Shown here piece after piece: positions 60,028 through 64,000 of a stretch of 64,000 nt of DNA (its first letter is position 1; the number at the start of each line of letters is the position of its first letter). The notes beneath the pieces are model-generated. The model worked only from the letters and a program-made list of their open reading frames with translations. It ran no database searches and had not been told where the DNA came from. Source of the DNA: Candidatus Poribacteria bacterium (GTDB lineage Bacteria; Poribacteria; WGA-4E; UBA9662); the NCBI GenBank assembly GCA_036339735.1, contig JAYZAL010000088.1, positions 32,001 through 96,000 of the forward strand. Direction: 5' to 3'. The position numbers and the translations under genes are program-made.

Positions 60028-60049
60028 TATTAGTCACATATTAGTCACA
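60028..60049. repeat. Perfect 11-bp tandem direct repeat TATTAGTCACA x2
   Basis: Read directly in the intergenic region. Confidence 0.8.
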
Positions 60050-60329
60050 GCTGAATGATTTTTCCCTTCTCTGAACCAAACTCAAATTGTAAGACGAGAT
60101 TAATCGATAGTCCAAAAAATTAGCACCATTAACCTAGGTTATTTATCGGCAAGAAAGCATCCAAGGATTTTTAGCCCCATGTAATGGAAAAAATATAATG
60201 GGAACTGTCCTATGTAGATTCTTTATAAAAAGTTATCTATACAGGACTACTAATCTACAGAAAAGACGAAAAGTAGCTAGTATGGGAAAGGAATATATTG
60301 ATAGGCAAATCTGGCTAAAACGCGAAATC

Positions 60330-61175
60330 TTATGGAATCGACCCGATATTCACCTCTGCAATAACAGGAAGATGATCAGATGGAAATCTTCCGGACCAAG
60401 AATCGCTTAAAGTTGCGTAACTCAAGACGGTAACGTTGTGTTTGACGAAAATATAGTCAATTCGACTTCCTGGTATACCGGGAAACTGAAACTTGCTTAC
60501 CGTGCCTTCTGGCCCATGTGGGGGTTGAAGCGACAGTGATCTCGCATCACTCACAACTCCTGACTCATCACCTTCTGTGAGAATTCGATAAGGGCTAGAC
60601 GTCGGCGATGTATTAAAATCACCAGTCAATAAAACAGGAAGATATTCTGAGTTCATCTGTTCGATCTTGGATCGAATGAGTTCAGCACTTTTTACTCTTG
60701 CTATTTCTCCCCGATGATCAAGATGTGTGTTAAAGTGAAAAAAGACCTGGTTTGTATGTGAATCATGAAATTTCACCCAAGTGACGATGCGGGGCAAACT
60801 AGCATCCCATCCAGTTGTTGGCATTTTAGGTGATTCAGATAACCAAAAGGTATCACTTTGCAAAACCTGAAAACGATTTCTCCGAAACCAGATGGCACTA
60901 TATTCGCCGTCGGTTAGACCATCGTTTCGACCAACTCCTACAAAATCATAGTCTGGTAATAACTTAACTAAGTCTTCCATTTGCTCATGTAATGCTTCTT
61001 GTACACCAATCAAATCAGCTCGGTGAAATAGGATGGTACTTTGTACCATCTGTTTTCGATGAGGCCAAGAATTGTACCCATCGCTGGAAGTGTTAAGTCG
61101 GATATTAAAGCTCATGACTCGTACAGGATGATGCTGGTCGTGTGAAACCGATGGCGATGAATTAGATGAAATCAT
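60330..61175 (-). CDS. Endonuclease/exonuclease/phosphatase family protein
   Basis: SFNIR, QE, NTHLD, GDFN, IDYI, SDHLPV. Confidence 0.9.
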   Translation of the reverse strand: MISSNSSPSVSHDQHHPVRVMSFNIRLNTSSDGYNSWPHRKQMVQSTILFHRADLIGVQEALHEQMEDLVKLLPDYDFVGVGRNDGLTDGEYSAIWFRRNRFQVLQSDTFWLSESPKMPTTGWDASLPRIVTWVKFHDSHTNQVFFHFNTHLDHRGEIARVKSAELIRSKIEQMNSEYLPVLLTGDFNTSPTSSPYRILTEGDESGVVSDARSLSLQPPHGPEGTVSKFQFPGIPGSRIDYIFVKHNVTVLSYATLSDSWSGRFPSDHLPVIAEVNIGSIP

Positions 61176-61438
61176 AAATAATTAAGATATGCATTAGAAA
61201 AGAGTTAATAAAACAGTTACCCCTTTCAGGATAACAAAATTTCGATTTTTTTTAAATAGTGAATAGGTACACATAAAAGTAATAGAAGCTTTTTCTATCT
61301 TCCACTTCTATACTCAAAGATTACCCACATATTTCACGAAAATATCATAACGAATTTCGATTGGCATCGAAATCATCAGAAGACAATCCGGCTACAGTAC
61401 ACAAAAAAGATACCTGAAACATTTAGGTGCTCACTGGC

Positions 61439-62536
61439 TCAAGTAATTGTATCGAAAGTAGTACATAGTTCTTGTGCTTGACCTGTTTTTGCTGACCTAT
61501 AACCCGCGTCGAAGATTTCAATCACGTGTCGAGCATGCTCAGCCGTTGCAAGCGTTGGTTTATCAGTTCGGATCCAATCCACTAACTGCATGATGTCTTC
61601 GTAAACATGGGCTTCTTCTATTTGGAGGTGTTCACCAACAACATGTGGCAGACTAGCCCTAGGCGTATTTATGTCGATCGGTTGACCGTTCAATTCGCCT
61701 CCAGATATAGTACCTTTTGTACCAAAAATAGCAAATCGACCTATATTTGGTAAACCGCCTGCTGCAGTACCATATACAAACCCAAACAAAGATTGCCCAA
61801 AGTCAATTGTTAACAAGGTATTATCATCCATATCACAGGGAAGCATTTCACCTCGAAACTCTCTCTCATTGATTCGTATGCCGGAAAATGCAGTCACACG
61901 TTTAGCTGGACCTAAAATACCAGTCAACGCATGCAGCCCATAAACAGTCATGTCGTACAGTGGTCCACCACCAGGCTTCCGATAATACCAAGCCGGATTT
62001 ATATTAGAAAGGATATCTTCACCATGTCTCACAGATTCCTTTTCATGATACTGACCAAAAGCTGATCCAGCTACGGCCCAAGTTAGTTGTCCTAGTGCAC
62101 CTTCCAGAATCAATTGCCGTATTCTCTGGTTAATAGGTCGTAACATTTCGCCGGGAGAAGAAACTAATTTCACGCCTTTTTTTTGTGCTAGTTCAATTAA
62201 GTTATTAGCTTCATCGACTGTTGTAGTCATCGACTTATTAAAATGCACGTGCACACCGGATTCAATTGCCATTTTTCCTTGCTGGTAGTGAAAGCTAATA
62301 GGGGACGCAATGGTGACAGCATCTACTTTTTTAGAATCTAGTAAATCTCGGTAATCTTCAAAGGCATAGGGAATATTAAATCGATTACTAGCAGCTACAG
62401 CTCGACCTGGAACAGGGTCGCAGACAGCAGTCATTATTACACGATCATGCACATCATCTAAAGATAAATGAGGCATAATACCACGCACAGAGATACTACC
62501 AGCCCCAACTATACCAAGCCTGACAACTTCACTCAT
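61439..62536 (-). CDS. Gfo/Idh/MocA oxidoreductase
   Basis: GIVGAG, GGGPLYDM; ATGA overlap with the upstream gene at 62533-62536. Confidence 0.85.
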   Translation of the reverse strand: MSEVVRLGIVGAGSISVRGIMPHLSLDDVHDRVIMTAVCDPVPGRAVAASNRFNIPYAFEDYRDLLDSKKVDAVTIASPISFHYQQGKMAIESGVHVHFNKSMTTTVDEANNLIELAQKKGVKLVSSPGEMLRPINQRIRQLILEGALGQLTWAVAGSAFGQYHEKESVRHGEDILSNINPAWYYRKPGGGPLYDMTVYGLHALTGILGPAKRVTAFSGIRINEREFRGEMLPCDMDDNTLLTIDFGQSLFGFVYGTAAGGLPNIGRFAIFGTKGTISGGELNGQPIDINTPRASLPHVVGEHLQIEEAHVYEDIMQLVDWIRTDKPTLATAEHARHVIEIFDAGYRSAKTGQAQELCTTFDTIT

Positions 62537-63441
62537 GATAGGTGGCCTCTCCAGCTGGTTTGGTGTTTCCAACCAACTGCTTGTTCTAGTTTTTGACAAT
62601 TCAAAAAGGATTGGTATCCTACCAAATCCTGAGTGATTTCCAACAAATCAGGTCTGAAACGCTCGACTAACTCAGCGGACGATTCTAAAGCTGTTGTATC
62701 CTCTGAGTTCAGGAAATATACATCATGATCAGGGATAGAGTTGCCGCGTTGGCCCGTTGAGGATTCCATAATTAGGCGATGAGCGGAAGCCACATCCTCA
62801 CTACCTACCCAACACCAAAGCCACGGGTTCCAGCTTCTGGCTGGTTGAACGTCTTCCGCCATAGTTACACGTCGTTCGGGTGGCGTAATACCTGCCGGTC
62901 GGGTCATATAAGTTCGAATACCATAAGCTCTAGTGTAGGTGGCTAATAGTTCTTCACCGGCACGTTTTGAATAGCTATAGGAGTCTTCAGGAAAGCAGGG
63001 ATGAGTTTCGTCAATTGGTAATTGTTGGATTGGGAATGGTGTATTACTAATTCTAAAACCATGTCCTAAGGCACAGTTGCTACCTGACATGATAACACTT
63101 TTTACACCAGCCTCGACTGCTGCTTGTAGTAGATAATATGTACCAAGCATATTAGTCTTAAAAGTCGTATCGAATGGTACACCTTTTTCTTCCGCTGCAG
63201 TCCTGAGGTCCGGATGATCGACTGGATTAGGTTGGGCTCCCAAATGTTGGATGGCATCTATTCCTTGGACAGCTTTTTGACAGTCAGAAAAATTATTAAG
63301 ATCGCCTTGAATCCATTGCAAATCAGCAAATTCCGCGCTAGGTGGACGACGAGAAGTCAATACTAGTTCGTAACGACTTTTTAACTCACTAATGACATAG
63401 CCCGATAGTCGACCACTAGCTCCTGTAACCAAAACTTTCAT
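62533..63441 (-). CDS. NAD-dependent epimerase/dehydratase (extended SDR)
   Basis: VTGASG, N..GT, YSYSK. Confidence 0.85.
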   Translation of the reverse strand: MKVLVTGASGRLSGYVISELKSRYELVLTSRRPPSAEFADLQWIQGDLNNFSDCQKAVQGIDAIQHLGAQPNPVDHPDLRTAAEEKGVPFDTTFKTNMLGTYYLLQAAVEAGVKSVIMSGSNCALGHGFRISNTPFPIQQLPIDETHPCFPEDSYSYSKRAGEELLATYTRAYGIRTYMTRPAGITPPERRVTMAEDVQPARSWNPWLWCWVGSEDVASAHRLIMESSTGQRGNSIPDHDVYFLNSEDTTALESSAELVERFRPDLLEITQDLVGYQSFLNCQKLEQAVGWKHQTSWRGHLS

Positions 63442-63533
63442 AAACACCTTTTAGATCTGAATTTTGTCGAATCAATAATGAGAGAAAAAACTGTTAACAT
63501 TGAATAGAGACTGACACCTAATTTTATATACGG

Positions 63534-63566
63534 TTGACACGGATCGATAAGTGTCTGTATTATAAT
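63534..63566 (+). promoter_or_regulatory. Putative sigma70 promoter
   Basis: TTGACA (63534-63539), 18-nt spacer, TATTAT, overlapping TATAAT at 63561-63566. Confidence 0.45.
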
Positions 63567-63651
63567 CATCAGATTTACCAACGACAAGTCTCTCCTCAAA
63601 AAGTAGGCTTTCCTTTCGACCAAATCTATCAAGGAAAATCCCATACGATCA

Positions 63652-64000
63652 TTGAGTCAGCAACCAGAACTTGGTTCAAGTACCCGTTTCATTTCACGCG
63701 TTTTAATTTTTGGATCTCTCCTTATTGCATTAAATTGCTATTGGATTATTTCAGCGGAGAACCGAGTCGTATGGGAACTAACCGATTTTTCGGTGTTTCC
63801 TACTGTTCTTTTTACTTTATTTGCTGTTTCTGGCGTAAATTTATTACTTAAGCGAACGTTCACCAGTCTGGCTTTACAAAACTCAGAGATCGCTACTATT
63901 TACATTATGGTCTCGGTATCGACCGCCTTGGCTGGACACGATATCATTCGACAGTTAGTGCCACTGATGGCAAATCCATTTTGGTTTGCCACTCCAGAAA
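63652..64000 (+). CDS. DUF6785-family membrane protein, 3'-truncated (not in the ORF track)
   Basis: Translated by hand from TTG 63652: ..LLIALNCYWII..FPTVLF..SEIATIYIM..AGHDIIRQL..NPFWFATPE. This aligns with the N-terminus of 31023..32975 (..AEVLTIYVM..SHDMME..HPFRFATPE). Confidence 0.8.
   Translation, partial: MSQQPELGSSTRFISRVLIFGSLLIALNCYWIISAENRVVWELTDFSVFPTVLFTLFAVSGVNLLLKRTFTSLALQNSEIATIYIMVSVSTALAGHDIIRQLVPLMANPFWFATPE

Noticed and set aside
305-63644. Numerous 60-170 aa antisense or alternate-frame ORFs in the track
   Set aside because: They lie within well-supported genes and show no recognisable motifs, so they are treated as shadow ORFs.
63534-63851. 105-aa ORF from the track
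   Set aside because: It overlaps, in another frame, the clear DUF6785 paralogue starting at 63652, and its TTG start is part of a -35 box.

Overview
Gene-dense, AT-rich bacterial window with about 50 CDS. I saw no rRNA, tRNA, CRISPR array, transposase or integrase. The gene content (three OPT-like/DUF6785 membrane paralogues, two PhyH dioxygenases, a CRTAC1+TPR pair, an isolated microcompartment vertex gene, two Gfo/Idh/MocA) suggests a marine Poribacteria- or PVC-like organism; this is inference only. The standout is a 7-gene plus-strand operon at ~9870-22593. It encodes (1) a ~2470-aa exported fusion of LysM, acidic Ca-binding-like repeats, a PA domain, a degenerate M28 peptidase fold split by long helical inserts and a MacB/FtsX permease, (2) an unannotated 56-aa two-helix membrane protein, (3) an OPT-like transporter, (4) a discoidin-like lipoprotein, (5) a hypothetical protein, (6) a PqqD/RRE protein and (7) a LolD/MacB-type ATPase. 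I know of no characterised system with this composition. The rest is mostly minus-strand metabolic and housekeeping genes: GT2-radical SAM-ackA-HEAT, eutN-aldolase-capA-DUF6785-hsp20-lon, an XDH-family trio with MoaD/UbiD/MetE-core/ychF, and a GlnA4-like gamma-glutamylation cluster. All family calls are from motif recognition by eye; no searches were run.
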